From: a virus
Strand: one strand, 5' to 3'
Length of the DNA stretch: 45,074 nt
Virus record (IMG/VR): IMGVR_UViG_3300045988_027758
The notes beneath the pieces are model-generated. The model saw only the letters and a program-made list of their open reading frames with translations. It did not search any database and was not told the DNA's origin. Of the stretch, positions 17,358-26,683 are shown in pieces (the first letter of the stretch is position 1; each line of letters starts with the position of its first letter). Both the position numbers and the translations under genes were made by a program.

Positions 17358-19842
17358 CGCTGAATACTGGAAGTTGCGGTTTGAACAGCTTGAACAGGCG
17401 CAGAACCAAAAGGGCGTGAAAGCCTATGCTGATATTGAACGGCAGTATAAGGAAGCCCAAAAGCAACTTGAAGGGCAGATTGCCCGCTGGTATCAGCGTT
17501 TTGCAACCAACAACGGAATTTCCCTTGCGGAAGCACGGCAGTATTTGAAGGGTGCAGACCTGAAAGAATTTAAGTGGGATGTGCAGGAATATATCAAGTA
17601 CGGACAGGACAACGCCTTAAACAGCGGTTGGATGAAAGAACTTGAAAATGCTTCTGCAAAGTATCACATTTCAAAGCTGGAAGCCCTGAAAGTACAGACA
17701 CAGCACAGCCTTGAAGTCATGTATGCAAAGCAGTTCGGCACTATGCACGGGGCTTTGTCGGATGCCTTTGAAAGCGGGTACTATCACACAGCGTATGAAC
17801 TTCAACACGGGTTCAATGTTGGTTGGGATATTGCCGGACTGGATCAGGCACAGATTGAAAAGGTGCTTGCTAAACCGTGGGCGGCTGATGGGTACAATTT
17901 TTCTGAAAGAATTTGGGGAAACAAGAACAAGCTGATTTCGGAAGTCCACAACGAACTTTCCCGGAATATCATGTTGGGTGCTGACCCGCAAAAGACTATT
18001 GATTCCCTTGCAAAGAAAATGAACACTTCCAAAAACAACGCCGGAAGGCTTGTAATGACGGAAGAAGCCTATTTCAGTTCAGCCGCACAGAAGGATTGCT
18101 TTGAGAGTTTGGGCGTTGAACAGTATGAAATTGTTGCAACGCTGGATTCCCATACTTCCGACATTTGCAGAAGCCTTGACGGGAAGCATTTTCCCATGAA
18201 GGACTATCAGCCGGGAGTGACCGCCCCGCCGTTTCATGTTTATTGCCGTTCAACGACCGTTCCATATTTCGATGAACAGTTTGACATTGGGGAACGGGCG
18301 GCAAGGGATGAAGCAACCGGGAAAACCTACTATATTCCCGATGATATGAATTATCAGGAATGGAAGGAAACCTTTGTTGATGGCGGTGACAAGTCCGGGT
18401 TTGATGTGCTGGACGATGGTTCAGCCCTTCACTACACCCACCATGAAGAACCTGAACCGCCGAAACCAAAGAAGGAATATCTGACAAAGAAAAAGCTGCA
18501 AGCGAAAATTGCTGATGCGGATGTTCAGCTTGAAGATTTGGAAGCCCAATTCAAGGGCGTTTCCGGGGGTTGGACATTCGATGAAGTTTTGAAGGACTTT
18601 GGAAGCCTTGAAGATTTCACGGATGGGGATGATCTTGCAAAGCTGAAAGACCTTCATTCACAGGTAGAAGCCATTGAAACCCAAAAAGCAGAGTGGCAGC
18701 AGAAGTTGAATGAAAAGCTGATTGCAGAGCAGAAGAAAGCCCTTGCGAAACAGCAGGTGGAACTTGAAGCACAGAAAGCCGCTGTTCAGCAACAGCTTGA
18801 TGATTTCGAGGTCAAGACCTATTCCGGCATTTGGTACAACAAGGATGTGACAACCGCTGATTGGGCGGGGCTGAATATCGAGGGTAAGAAGAAGTATTAT
18901 GAAGGGAAGTTTATTACCGAAACTGACCCCGATTTGATGCAGAAGTATCAGGATTTATACAAGCAGTTGGAAGAACTTGATACAGAGGGCAAAGCCTACG
19001 CTGACATTCAGAAAGAGTTGAAACAAATTCAAAGCCAAATCACCAAAGTTCAAACGGATTTGAAAAAACTTGAACAAGGTGGTATAATTGATTCGGTGGA
19101 CGATGCCTTTTCGCAGGAACGCAAGGATGCCGCTATTTGGGCGAAAACAACCAAAGAAGCGGACGATGTTTTGCGTGATACTTGCGGTGAGGTTTGGCGC
19201 ACTTCCTCACCGATTCAGAAAAATGCAATCTATGACTACACCCAAAGTTACCACAAGTTCAACGAACCGTTGCGTGGTATCGAATACGGCAGCGAAAAGT
19301 TCTTAGGTGTTGGAAATGTGGATTTAGACCAAATCGGCGTTTCCTATCAGGGCTGGAAGCCCGGTCAGATGCGGAAAGAAATAAACGCTATGACCGACAT
19401 TATTTCCAAATCGACATACAAGGAAGATTTTTGGTTGCAGCGTGGTTGTAGATTTAAGGGCATGGACAAATTCTTCAATGTTCCTATGGATCGCTTGCAG
19501 AGTGCAACACAGGCAGAGTTGGAACAGTTGCTTTTGAATACAACACCGACTGAATACGGCTTTTGTTCTTGTGGTGTTGCCAAAGGCAAAGGATTCAGCG
19601 GTGATATTATCCTGAATATTTACGCCCCTTCCGGCACACAAATGATGTATGTTGAACCGTTTTCGGCTTTCGGAAATGGCGGGGGTAAGAATTGGGATGG
19701 TATTGCAAAGCAAGGTTCTTTCGGTCAAGAATCGGAAATCATATTGCAGCAGGGAACAAAGTTCCGTGTAACAAAGGTTGAAAAAACACCCGGTATGATT
19801 TACATTGACCTTGAAGTGATTGAACAGACCCCGCAACGATAA
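17350..19842 (+). CDS. Head morphogenesis protein (SPP1 gp7 / Mu F-like) with long coiled coil and C-terminal ADP-ribosyltransferase domain
   Basis: gp7 block LDSHTSDICRSLDGKHF ... PPFHVYCRS. C-terminal R-S-E triad: LQRG (R codon 19441-19443), FCSCG (19561-19575), QESE (19726-19737). Confidence 0.85.
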   Translation: MNNAEYWKLRFEQLEQAQNQKGVKAYADIERQYKEAQKQLEGQIARWYQRFATNNGISLAEARQYLKGADLKEFKWDVQEYIKYGQDNALNSGWMKELENASAKYHISKLEALKVQTQHSLEVMYAKQFGTMHGALSDAFESGYYHTAYELQHGFNVGWDIAGLDQAQIEKVLAKPWAADGYNFSERIWGNKNKLISEVHNELSRNIMLGADPQKTIDSLAKKMNTSKNNAGRLVMTEEAYFSSAAQKDCFESLGVEQYEIVATLDSHTSDICRSLDGKHFPMKDYQPGVTAPPFHVYCRSTTVPYFDEQFDIGERAARDEATGKTYYIPDDMNYQEWKETFVDGGDKSGFDVLDDGSALHYTHHEEPEPPKPKKEYLTKKKLQAKIADADVQLEDLEAQFKGVSGGWTFDEVLKDFGSLEDFTDGDDLAKLKDLHSQVEAIETQKAEWQQKLNEKLIAEQKKALAKQQVELEAQKAAVQQQLDDFEVKTYSGIWYNKDVTTADWAGLNIEGKKKYYEGKFITETDPDLMQKYQDLYKQLEELDTEGKAYADIQKELKQIQSQITKVQTDLKKLEQGGIIDSVDDAFSQERKDAAIWAKTTKEADDVLRDTCGEVWRTSSPIQKNAIYDYTQSYHKFNEPLRGIEYGSEKFLGVGNVDLDQIGVSYQGWKPGQMRKEINAMTDIISKSTYKEDFWLQRGCRFKGMDKFFNVPMDRLQSATQAELEQLLLNTTPTEYGFCSCGVAKGKGFSGDIILNIYAPSGTQMMYVEPFSAFGNGGGKNWDGIAKQGSFGQESEIILQQGTKFRVTKVEKTPGMIYIDLEVIEQTPQR

Positions 19843-19860
19843 CAGAAAGAAGGTGGTTAC

Positions 19861-20166
19861 ATGGAAAAGAAAACATTATCTGAACGCTATGCGGATGAAG
19901 TCCTTACCGACAACACCGCCTTGAACCACTATTCACAGTGTAAGGGATGTGTTTTCCGTGACAAAACCACCGTAAGCGGTGAAGAATGTGGATGGCAAAA
20001 AGCCGTGTGCCACATTTACGGAAGAAGTACCGCTTCCCGGTTGAAATATTCAAGCGGTGAACTGGTATTTCCATACACCCCGGTTGAACCCGGTGATAAA
20101 CCGAATGAGGTTTACAACAACACCGCAAATTGTGAGTATTACGAACAGGAAAAGCGGAAGAAATAA
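19861..20166 (+). CDS. Hypothetical Cys-containing protein (101 aa)
   Basis: CKGC ... CGW ... C pattern suggests a zinc-binding site. RBS GAAGGTGG. Confidence 0.6.
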   Translation: MEKKTLSERYADEVLTDNTALNHYSQCKGCVFRDKTTVSGEECGWQKAVCHIYGRSTASRLKYSSGELVFPYTPVEPGDKPNEVYNNTANCEYYEQEKRKK

Positions 20167-20202
20167 GCACTTTTGAAAGTTTATTTTCAAAGGTGCTTTT
20201 TT
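20167..20202 (+). terminator. Rho-independent terminator
   Basis: GCACTTTTGAAA-gtttat-TTTCAAAGGTGC followed by T6. Confidence 0.8.
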
Positions 20203-20299
20203 CATGCCATTTTTCAGGTAACAGCTATATCAAAGACCTTGAAAACAACGGTATATGCTGATTATATGAGGTCGATTTTTCAGAAAGGGGGTAACAGAT

Positions 20300-20587
20300 A
20301 TGATTGATTTGACAACCGTTGCACAGGCGGCACTTGTCCTTTTTGGTGCGGTGATTACAACCGTAATCGTTCCGTGCGTGAAGAAGAACACCACCGTTCA
20401 GCAGCAGAAGGAAATCATGGGTTGGGTGAAAATCGCTGTTGCGGCAGCAGAACAGCTTTACAAGGGTTCTGACCGTGGCGAGGAAAAGAAAGCCTATGTT
20501 TTGGACTGGCTGAACAAGCAAGGTATCACGATTGATGCCGATAAGCTGGATGCCATGATTGAAGCAGCAGTTCACGAAATCCAGTAA
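20300..20587 (+). CDS. LL-H-type holin-like membrane protein
   Basis: N-terminal TM AALVLFGAVITTVIVPCV, then VAAAEQLYKGSDRGEEKKAYVLDWL ... MIEAAV, typical of the Holin_LLH family. Confidence 0.65.
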   Translation: MIDLTTVAQAALVLFGAVITTVIVPCVKKNTTVQQQKEIMGWVKIAVAAAEQLYKGSDRGEEKKAYVLDWLNKQGITIDADKLDAMIEAAVHEIQ

Positions 20588-20692
20588 CCCCCGCAAATCG
20601 TCTTTTTCGTATTGCAGACGGTAAAGAACAAGGTTCATTGCGTGGTTCGTCACCCACGGTAAACAACGGAAATGAAAGGATGGTACAAAACT

Positions 20693-21283
20693 ATGAAAAA
20701 AGAAGATTTGATTGCAATGGGGCTGACAGAGGAACAGGCAAAGAAGGTTATGGATTCCCTTGACGGGAATTTTGTTACCAAAGCCCGTTTTAATGAGGTC
20801 AACGAGGAAAACAAGACCCTGAAACAGTCTGTTGCTGATAGAGATAAGCAGCTTGAGGATTTGAAGAAGTCCAGCGGTGACAATGCCGAACTGAAAAAGC
20901 AGATTGAAACCTTGCAGCAGCAGAACGCCGATCAGAAGAAAGCCCACGATGCGGAAATGGCACAGTTGAAGCTGGATAACGCCATTGATGCCGCCCTGAC
21001 CGCAGCCGGAGCAAAGAACGCAAAGGCAGTTAAGGCGTTGCTTGACACTTCCAAAGTCAAACTTGGTGAAGATGGCAAGCTGACCGGGTGGGATGAACAG
21101 GTTACCGCCGTTCAGAAGTCGGATTCTTACCTGTTTGAAGCAAAGCAGCAGGGCAAGCAGACCTTCAAGGGATTTCAGCCGGGTGCTTCCGGTGGAGTAA
21201 AGCCGGGAACGAAAGTCGATATGTCCAAAATGACCTATGAGGAACTGGCGAACTATATCGAAAACAACCCTGATGCTGAATAA
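20693..21283 (+). CDS. Scaffolding protein (GP20/DUF4355-like)
   Basis: MKKEDLIAMGLTEEQAKKVMD start and coiled coil, immediately upstream of the capsid gene. ATG 20693 after GAAAGGATGG. Confidence 0.8.
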   Translation: MKKEDLIAMGLTEEQAKKVMDSLDGNFVTKARFNEVNEENKTLKQSVADRDKQLEDLKKSSGDNAELKKQIETLQQQNADQKKAHDAEMAQLKLDNAIDAALTAAGAKNAKAVKALLDTSKVKLGEDGKLTGWDEQVTAVQKSDSYLFEAKQQGKQTFKGFQPGASGGVKPGTKVDMSKMTYEELANYIENNPDAE

Positions 21284-21320
21284 CAAAATTCAAAAAAGTT
21301 CAAGAAAGGATTGAATAACG

Positions 21321-22415
21321 ATGGCAAAATTTGATGCGAAAAGTTTTAATGAAAGAGCTTTCGGGAAGTATATGTCTGCTATCCCGAATGTGAAGCTGAA
21401 TAAGCTGAAAGAGAGTAGGGCAATCGTTGCGGATCAGCGTTTGCGTGAAACCTTTGTCAACAACGGTCAGACGGGTACTGTTTACGCCGTTCTTCCCTAT
21501 TTTGGGCTGATTGGCGGCGATGCACAGAACTATGACGGTGTTTCCAACCTTACCCCGGAAAAGACTGATACCTTTGAACAGGGTGTTTTCACTTATGGTC
21601 GAATGATGGGTTGGACGGAAGCGGATTTCTCCTATGATGTGACGGGCGGCGTTGATTTTATGGCGAATGTCCGTAATCAGATTAACCGCTATTGGAATGA
21701 CAGAGATCAGGATACCATTCTTTCTATTCTGAAAGGTATCTTCGCTATGGCTTCCACTGGTACGGGCAATGTAAAGACCGCAAACGCCGCCTTTGTTTCT
21801 GCCCATACTTACGATATTTCCGCACCTTCTACGGATGCGGTCACTACGGACGCTATGAAGGTAAGTGCAACCACGCTGAACAGTGCAATTCAGCAGGCTT
21901 GCGGCGATAACAAGCAGAAGTTCAGCCTTGTTATTTGTCATTCCACTGTTGCAACCAACCTTGAAAACATGAAGCTGATTGCATACCTGAAATACACGGA
22001 TGCAGAAGGCGTTGAGCGTGATCTTGGTATGGCAACTTGGAACGGCAGACTGGTTCTGATTGATGATTCTATGCCTGTTGAGGTCAAGAATGTGGGTTCT
22101 ACGGGCGGTGATGTTTCCCTTTACACCACCTATATTCTTGGTGAAGGTGCAATCGGCTTTGAGCCTGTCGGCGCAAAAGTGCCTTACGAAATGGTTCGTG
22201 ATGCAAAGACCCGTGGCGGTGAAGATACCCTTATTTCCCGTAAGCGTAACGCCGTTTCCGTGGCTGGTATTTCCTACCTGAAAGCAAGTCAGGCAACCAA
22301 CAGCCCGACTAATGCCGAACTGGAAAACGGAAAGAACTGGTCGCTGGTAAGCAACGGCACGGATTGTATTGCACACAAGGCAATTCCGATTGCCCGCATT
22401 ATTTCCCGTGGTTAA
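21321..22415 (+). CDS. Major capsid protein
   Basis: 364 aa, follows the scaffold, strongly biased codon usage. Confidence 0.8.
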   Translation: MAKFDAKSFNERAFGKYMSAIPNVKLNKLKESRAIVADQRLRETFVNNGQTGTVYAVLPYFGLIGGDAQNYDGVSNLTPEKTDTFEQGVFTYGRMMGWTEADFSYDVTGGVDFMANVRNQINRYWNDRDQDTILSILKGIFAMASTGTGNVKTANAAFVSAHTYDISAPSTDAVTTDAMKVSATTLNSAIQQACGDNKQKFSLVICHSTVATNLENMKLIAYLKYTDAEGVERDLGMATWNGRLVLIDDSMPVEVKNVGSTGGDVSLYTTYILGEGAIGFEPVGAKVPYEMVRDAKTRGGEDTLISRKRNAVSVAGISYLKASQATNSPTNAELENGKNWSLVSNGTDCIAHKAIPIARIISRG

Positions 22416-22433
22416 GTAAGGCGGTGATTCCCA

Positions 22434-22823
22434 ATGGTGGATATGGTAAAGGAACGCTTGCAGTCTTTCGGATATGAAATTCAGGATGGTGATGAAATCA
22501 TCCTGAATTTTTCTATACAGAAAGTGGAAAACACTATCAAGAATGATTGCAATGTATCTTCTATACCTGACGGATTGGTGAATATCGCTGTTGATATGGC
22601 GGTAGGTGAATTTTTAACGGCAAAGAAAACCTTTTCGCCGGATAGCATTGCAGGGCTTGATTTGGATTTTGCGGTAAAGCAGATACAGACGGGTGACACC
22701 AACACAGTATTTGCAACCGGGGAAGGAAGTTTGACCGCTGAACAGCGATTGAACAATTTCCTGAATTATCTTCTGATTTACGGCAGGGATCAGTTTTCTT
22801 GTTATAGGAAAATCAAATGGTGA
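22434..22823 (+). CDS. Head-tail connector protein (gp6-like)
   Basis: Size and position after the capsid gene. Confidence 0.6.
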   Translation: MVDMVKERLQSFGYEIQDGDEIILNFSIQKVENTIKNDCNVSSIPDGLVNIAVDMAVGEFLTAKKTFSPDSIAGLDLDFAVKQIQTGDTNTVFATGEGSLTAEQRLNNFLNYLLIYGRDQFSCYRKIKW

Positions 22824-23200
22824 AAACAGTTGCAGCCGCCCGAAAAGCGGCACGGAAAGCGATTGAAAGCACCTATGAAGGTGTTTGCACCATTGTTGAA
22901 CGCCGTGATATGCGGGATGAAGTAACCAAAATCACCCGCAAATCAGAAGTAACCGTGATTGAAAATCAGCCTTGCAAATTATCCTTTGAAAAGTTGAACG
23001 CCGTTGTTCAAACAGATGCAGCGGCGGCAATTTCCCAAAGTACAAAGTTATTCATATCGCCGGAAATCGTGGTAAATGGGGGTTCAAAAATCATAGTGGA
23101 ACAGGACGGAAGAAAAGCCGAATATTCCGCAAGTGGTGAACCCGCCGTTTATTCCAGTCATCAAGAAATCACGCTTGAACTGTTTAAGGGGTGGGCTTGA
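22817..23200 (+). CDS. Head closure / head-tail adaptor protein
   Basis: Size and position; translationally coupled. Confidence 0.55.
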   Translation: MVKTVAAARKAARKAIESTYEGVCTIVERRDMRDEVTKITRKSEVTVIENQPCKLSFEKLNAVVQTDAAAAISQSTKLFISPEIVVNGGSKIIVEQDGRKAEYSASGEPAVYSSHQEITLELFKGWA

Positions 23201-23695
23201 TTGGGTAAGATGGGCGGTTTTACGGCGGCAGATTTGAAAAAACTTCAAAAGCAGTTGAACAAAATTCAGCAGGGCAATGTTGAAGCGTTCATTGATGCTT
23301 GTGCAAAGGAACTTGCCGCCCGCCTACTTGCCAAAGTTATCAAGCGAACACCTGTCGGGCAGTACCCGAAAAGTTCAGGTAAAAAAGGCGGTACACTTCG
23401 CCGGGGCTGGACTTCCGCAACCCATGAAGAAGCCGCAAGCGGCAGCGGAAAAGGCAATGCGAAAGCATACGCTGATTCCCTGAAAATAAATCACTTTGGA
23501 AATACCGTTGTGATTGAGATTGTCAACCCTGTTGAGTATGCAAGTTATGTGGAATACGGACACAGGACAGCCAATCATCAAGGGTGGGTTCAAGGTCGGT
23601 TCATGCTTACGATTTCGGAACAGGAAATTCAGAACATAGCCCCGAAAGTGCTTGAAAGCAAAATCAAGAAGTTTTTAGGGGAGTGCATGAAATGA
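23201..23695 (+). CDS. HK97 gp10-family neck/tail component
   Basis: KRTPVGQYP...GGTLRRGW and YASYVEYGHRT blocks. TTG 23201 after AAGGGGTGGG. Confidence 0.65.
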   Translation: MGKMGGFTAADLKKLQKQLNKIQQGNVEAFIDACAKELAARLLAKVIKRTPVGQYPKSSGKKGGTLRRGWTSATHEEAASGSGKGNAKAYADSLKINHFGNTVVIEIVNPVEYASYVEYGHRTANHQGWVQGRFMLTISEQEIQNIAPKVLESKIKKFLGECMK

Positions 23696-24117
23696 TAAAT
23701 TCTATAATTGAAGGTATCAGCATTTCCTTAAATGCTGAATTTGGTGATAACTACACCACATATACAGAAAGCGTTGAACAAGGTTTGAAAGAGCCTTGTT
23801 TTTTTGTGTTCTGTATCAACCCGACAAACCGTGTTTTCCTTAGGAAGCGGTATTTCAAGACCAATCAAATGTGCATTCAGTATTTCCCGGTTGACAAAGA
23901 CCGCAAGAAAGAGGAATGCAACGCCGTTTCGGAACGGCTGTTTGATTGTCTTGAATATATCACCGTTTCCGGGGATTTGGCACGGGGAACAAAAATGAAT
24001 GCTGAAATGGTGGACGGAGTTTTGAACTTCTTTGTGAACTATGATTTCTTTGTTTACAAGAAGGAAGATACCGTTCCTATGGAAGAACTTTCGGAAAGCG
24101 TTTCCGTGAAAGGATAG
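23683..24117 (+). CDS. Tail completion / sheath-terminator-like protein
   Basis: Position just upstream of the sheath gene. Confidence 0.5.
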   Translation: MHEMINSIIEGISISLNAEFGDNYTTYTESVEQGLKEPCFFVFCINPTNRVFLRKRYFKTNQMCIQYFPVDKDRKKEECNAVSERLFDCLEYITVSGDLARGTKMNAEMVDGVLNFFVNYDFFVYKKEDTVPMEELSESVSVKG

Positions 24118-24125
24118 GTGAAATA

Positions 24126-24338
24126 ATGGCAGCACGAAAAAGCGCAAAACCCGCTGACGGTGAAGCGGCTGTTGTTGAAAGTAAATTTTCAAAAGAACAG
24201 TTGCTTTCCGCAAAGCGTTTTCAGGGCAGAAAGGACATTGTGAACGCCCTTCTGATGAAATACCCTGACACAGCCACTTTCACGGTGAATGCCGTGGAAG
24301 AAATGATTGAAAACTACATGAAAGGACAGGTGAAATAA
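24126..24338 (+). CDS. Hypothetical protein (70 aa)
   Basis: Intact ORF between the tail completion and sheath genes. Confidence 0.5.
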   Translation: MAARKSAKPADGEAAVVESKFSKEQLLSAKRFQGRKDIVNALLMKYPDTATFTVNAVEEMIENYMKGQVK

Positions 24339-24339
24339 T

Positions 24340-25650
24340 ATGGCTTTAGGCGGTGGAACTTTCGTGGTTCAGAACAAAAAGTTGCCGGGTGCATATATCA
24401 ACTTTGTTTCGGCAGCTTCCGCTTCTGCAACCCTTTCTGAAAGAGGTATCGCAACGATGCCCCTTGAACTTGATTGGGGTGTGGATGGTGAAATTTTTGA
24501 AGTAACCAACGGCGATTTTCAGAAGAACACCCTGAAAATTTTTGGTTACGGCTATACACATGAGAAGATGAAGGGGCTTCGTGATCTGTTTCAGAACACC
24601 AAAACCCTTTATGCGTACAAGCTGACTTCCGGGGGTACAAAGGCAAGCAATACTTTCGCAGAAGCCCTTTATTCCGGCGTTCGTGGCAATGATGTGAAAA
24701 TCGTTATTCAGAAGAACGCTGACAATGAAAAGATGTTTGATGTGAAAACGGTGCTTGACGGTGACATTGTGGACGAACAGACCGTTGAAAAGGCGGCTGA
24801 ACTTGTCGCAAATGATTTCGTGAAGTTCAAGACTTCCGCAACGCTGGCGGTTACGGCAGCAACCCCGCTTGCGGGCGGTACGAACGGCACGGTGAACGGC
24901 ACGGCTTATCAGAAGTATCTTGATAAGATTGAATCCTACACCTACAACACTATGGGCGTTGTGGTTATGGACGATACCACAAGGGGGCTGTTCAATTCCT
25001 TTGTGAAGCGTTTGCGTGATGAAATGGGTATCAAGTTTCAGCTTGTGCTTTATCAGTACGCTTCCGCTGACTATTACGGCACAATCAGCGTTAAGAACAA
25101 GGTTCTTGATGATGGTTGGAGTGAAGCAGCCCTTGTTTATTGGGTGACTGGCGTTTCCGCTGGTTGCGAGGTGAACAAGTCCAATCAGAACAAGAAGTAT
25201 AACGGCGAATTTACCGTTGATACTGACTATACGCAGACTGACTTGCAGAAAGCGATTGATGCGGGTGAGTTCATGCTTCACAAGGTCGGTTCTGATGTGC
25301 GTGTGCTTGAAGATATTAACACTATGGTTACTACTTCCGACACGCAGGGCGATGTATTCAAGGACAATCAGACCGTGCGTGTGATCGATCAGATTGCAAA
25401 TGATATTGCGGTTCTGTTCAACACCAAATATTTGGGCGTTGTTCCCAACGATGCGGCGGGCAGAACTTCCCTTTGGTCGGATATTGTCCAGCACCATGAA
25501 CAGCTTGAAGAAATCAGAGCGATTGAAGATTTCGCTGATTCTGATGTTGTTGTGGAACAGGGCAACACAAAGAAATCTGTTGTTGTGACGGATGCAGTTA
25601 CCGTTGTGAATGCAATGTCTAAACTGTATATGACCGTCACCGTTGCGTAA
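24340..25650 (+). CDS. Tail sheath protein (XkdK-like)
   Basis: N-terminus GGGTFVVQNKKLPGAYINFVS; 436 aa; followed by the tube gene. Confidence 0.9.
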   Translation: MALGGGTFVVQNKKLPGAYINFVSAASASATLSERGIATMPLELDWGVDGEIFEVTNGDFQKNTLKIFGYGYTHEKMKGLRDLFQNTKTLYAYKLTSGGTKASNTFAEALYSGVRGNDVKIVIQKNADNEKMFDVKTVLDGDIVDEQTVEKAAELVANDFVKFKTSATLAVTAATPLAGGTNGTVNGTAYQKYLDKIESYTYNTMGVVVMDDTTRGLFNSFVKRLRDEMGIKFQLVLYQYASADYYGTISVKNKVLDDGWSEAALVYWVTGVSAGCEVNKSNQNKKYNGEFTVDTDYTQTDLQKAIDAGEFMLHKVGSDVRVLEDINTMVTTSDTQGDVFKDNQTVRVIDQIANDIAVLFNTKYLGVVPNDAAGRTSLWSDIVQHHEQLEEIRAIEDFADSDVVVEQGNTKKSVVVTDAVTVVNAMSKLYMTVTVA

Positions 25651-25668
25651 GGAAAGGGGTGAAAAGGC

Positions 25669-26151
25669 ATGATTCAGAATGTGACTATGAAAGCGAAAGA
25701 TACCGTCTTTGCGGCTTTGGCTGAATGCTTTGTTACTATCGGCACACGCCGTTATAACTTTATGCAGGCAATCAATTTGGAAGCAAAGTTTGAAAAGACG
25801 AAAACGGAAGTTCCCATTCTTGGCAAGACTGGCAAGGGTAACAAGGCTTCCGGCTGGAAGGGTACGGGTTCGGCAACCTTCCACTATAACACTTCTATCT
25901 TCCGTCAGATGATGATTCAGTACAAGGACACGGGCGAGGATATTTATTTTGAAATTCAGATTTCCAATGAAGATCCTACTTCCGGGGCTGGCAGACAGAC
26001 CATGATCCTGATTGACTGCAACATTGACGGCGGCATTCTTGCAAAGTTTGATGCAGATGGTGAATATCTTGATGAAGATATGGATTTCACCTTTGAGGAC
26101 TTCAAGATGCCGGAAGCGTTCAAGGACTTGGACGGTTTTCTTACTAACTAA
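25669..26151 (+). CDS. Tail tube protein (XkdM-like)
   Basis: 160 aa, directly after the sheath gene. Confidence 0.85.
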   Translation: MIQNVTMKAKDTVFAALAECFVTIGTRRYNFMQAINLEAKFEKTKTEVPILGKTGKGNKASGWKGTGSATFHYNTSIFRQMMIQYKDTGEDIYFEIQISNEDPTSGAGRQTMILIDCNIDGGILAKFDADGEYLDEDMDFTFEDFKMPEAFKDLDGFLTN

Positions 26152-26171
26152 TCACTGACACGGCGGGTAAT

Positions 26172-26214
26172 AACCCCTTATGTGGGCTTTATATAGGCTC
26201 ATATAAGGGGTTTT
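26172..26214 (+). terminator. Stem-loop / partial terminator after the tube gene
   Basis: AACCCCTTAT ... ATAAGGGGTT followed by TTTT. Confidence 0.55.
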
Positions 26215-26251
26215 ATATTGCCCTTGATAAATAAGAAAGGAAGAATATAAA

Positions 26252-26683
26252 ATGTCTAAATTTAGCAAATTTATGAAAGCCAATAAGAAGGTAAAGGCTA
26301 ACGAAATGCACCCTGTCACCAAATCCCTTTGTGATGAACAGGGCAACCCCCTTAATTGGGAATTCAAGCATATCACTTCCAAAGAAAACGAGGAAATCAG
26401 GGAGAGTTGCACCATTGAAATTCCCGTTACTGGCAAGCCGGGTATGTACCGTCAGAAGATGAAGTCCAGCCTTTACATTCAGCGCATGATTGCGGCTTCC
26501 GTTGTTACCCCTGATCTGTACGATGCAGAGCTTCAGGACAGCTACGGCGTAAAGACCCCGGAGGAACTTCTGCTTGCTATGGTTGATGATCCGGGTGAAT
26601 ACAATGACCTTGCCGCCTATGTGCAGAAGTTTCAGGGCTTCAATGTTTCCTTTGAGGATAAGGTTGAAGAAGCAAAAAACTAA
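26252..26683 (+). CDS. Tail assembly chaperone (XkdN-like), zero-frame product
   Basis: Position between the tube and tape measure genes. Ends GAA GCA AAA AAC TAA. Confidence 0.8.
   Translation: MSKFSKFMKANKKVKANEMHPVTKSLCDEQGNPLNWEFKHITSKENEEIRESCTIEIPVTGKPGMYRQKMKSSLYIQRMIAASVVTPDLYDAELQDSYGVKTPEELLLAMVDDPGEYNDLAAYVQKFQGFNVSFEDKVEEAKN

Noticed and set aside
24346-25884. 512-aa minus-strand ORF opposite the sheath gene. Similar long antisense ORFs occur at 4311..5354, 20225..21286, 21300..22376, 34079..34906 and 28980..29558.
   Set aside because: They have no RBS and implausible Cys/His/Arg/Phe-rich composition. Each lies exactly opposite a well-supported + strand structural or replication gene, so they are shadow ORFs caused by codon bias.
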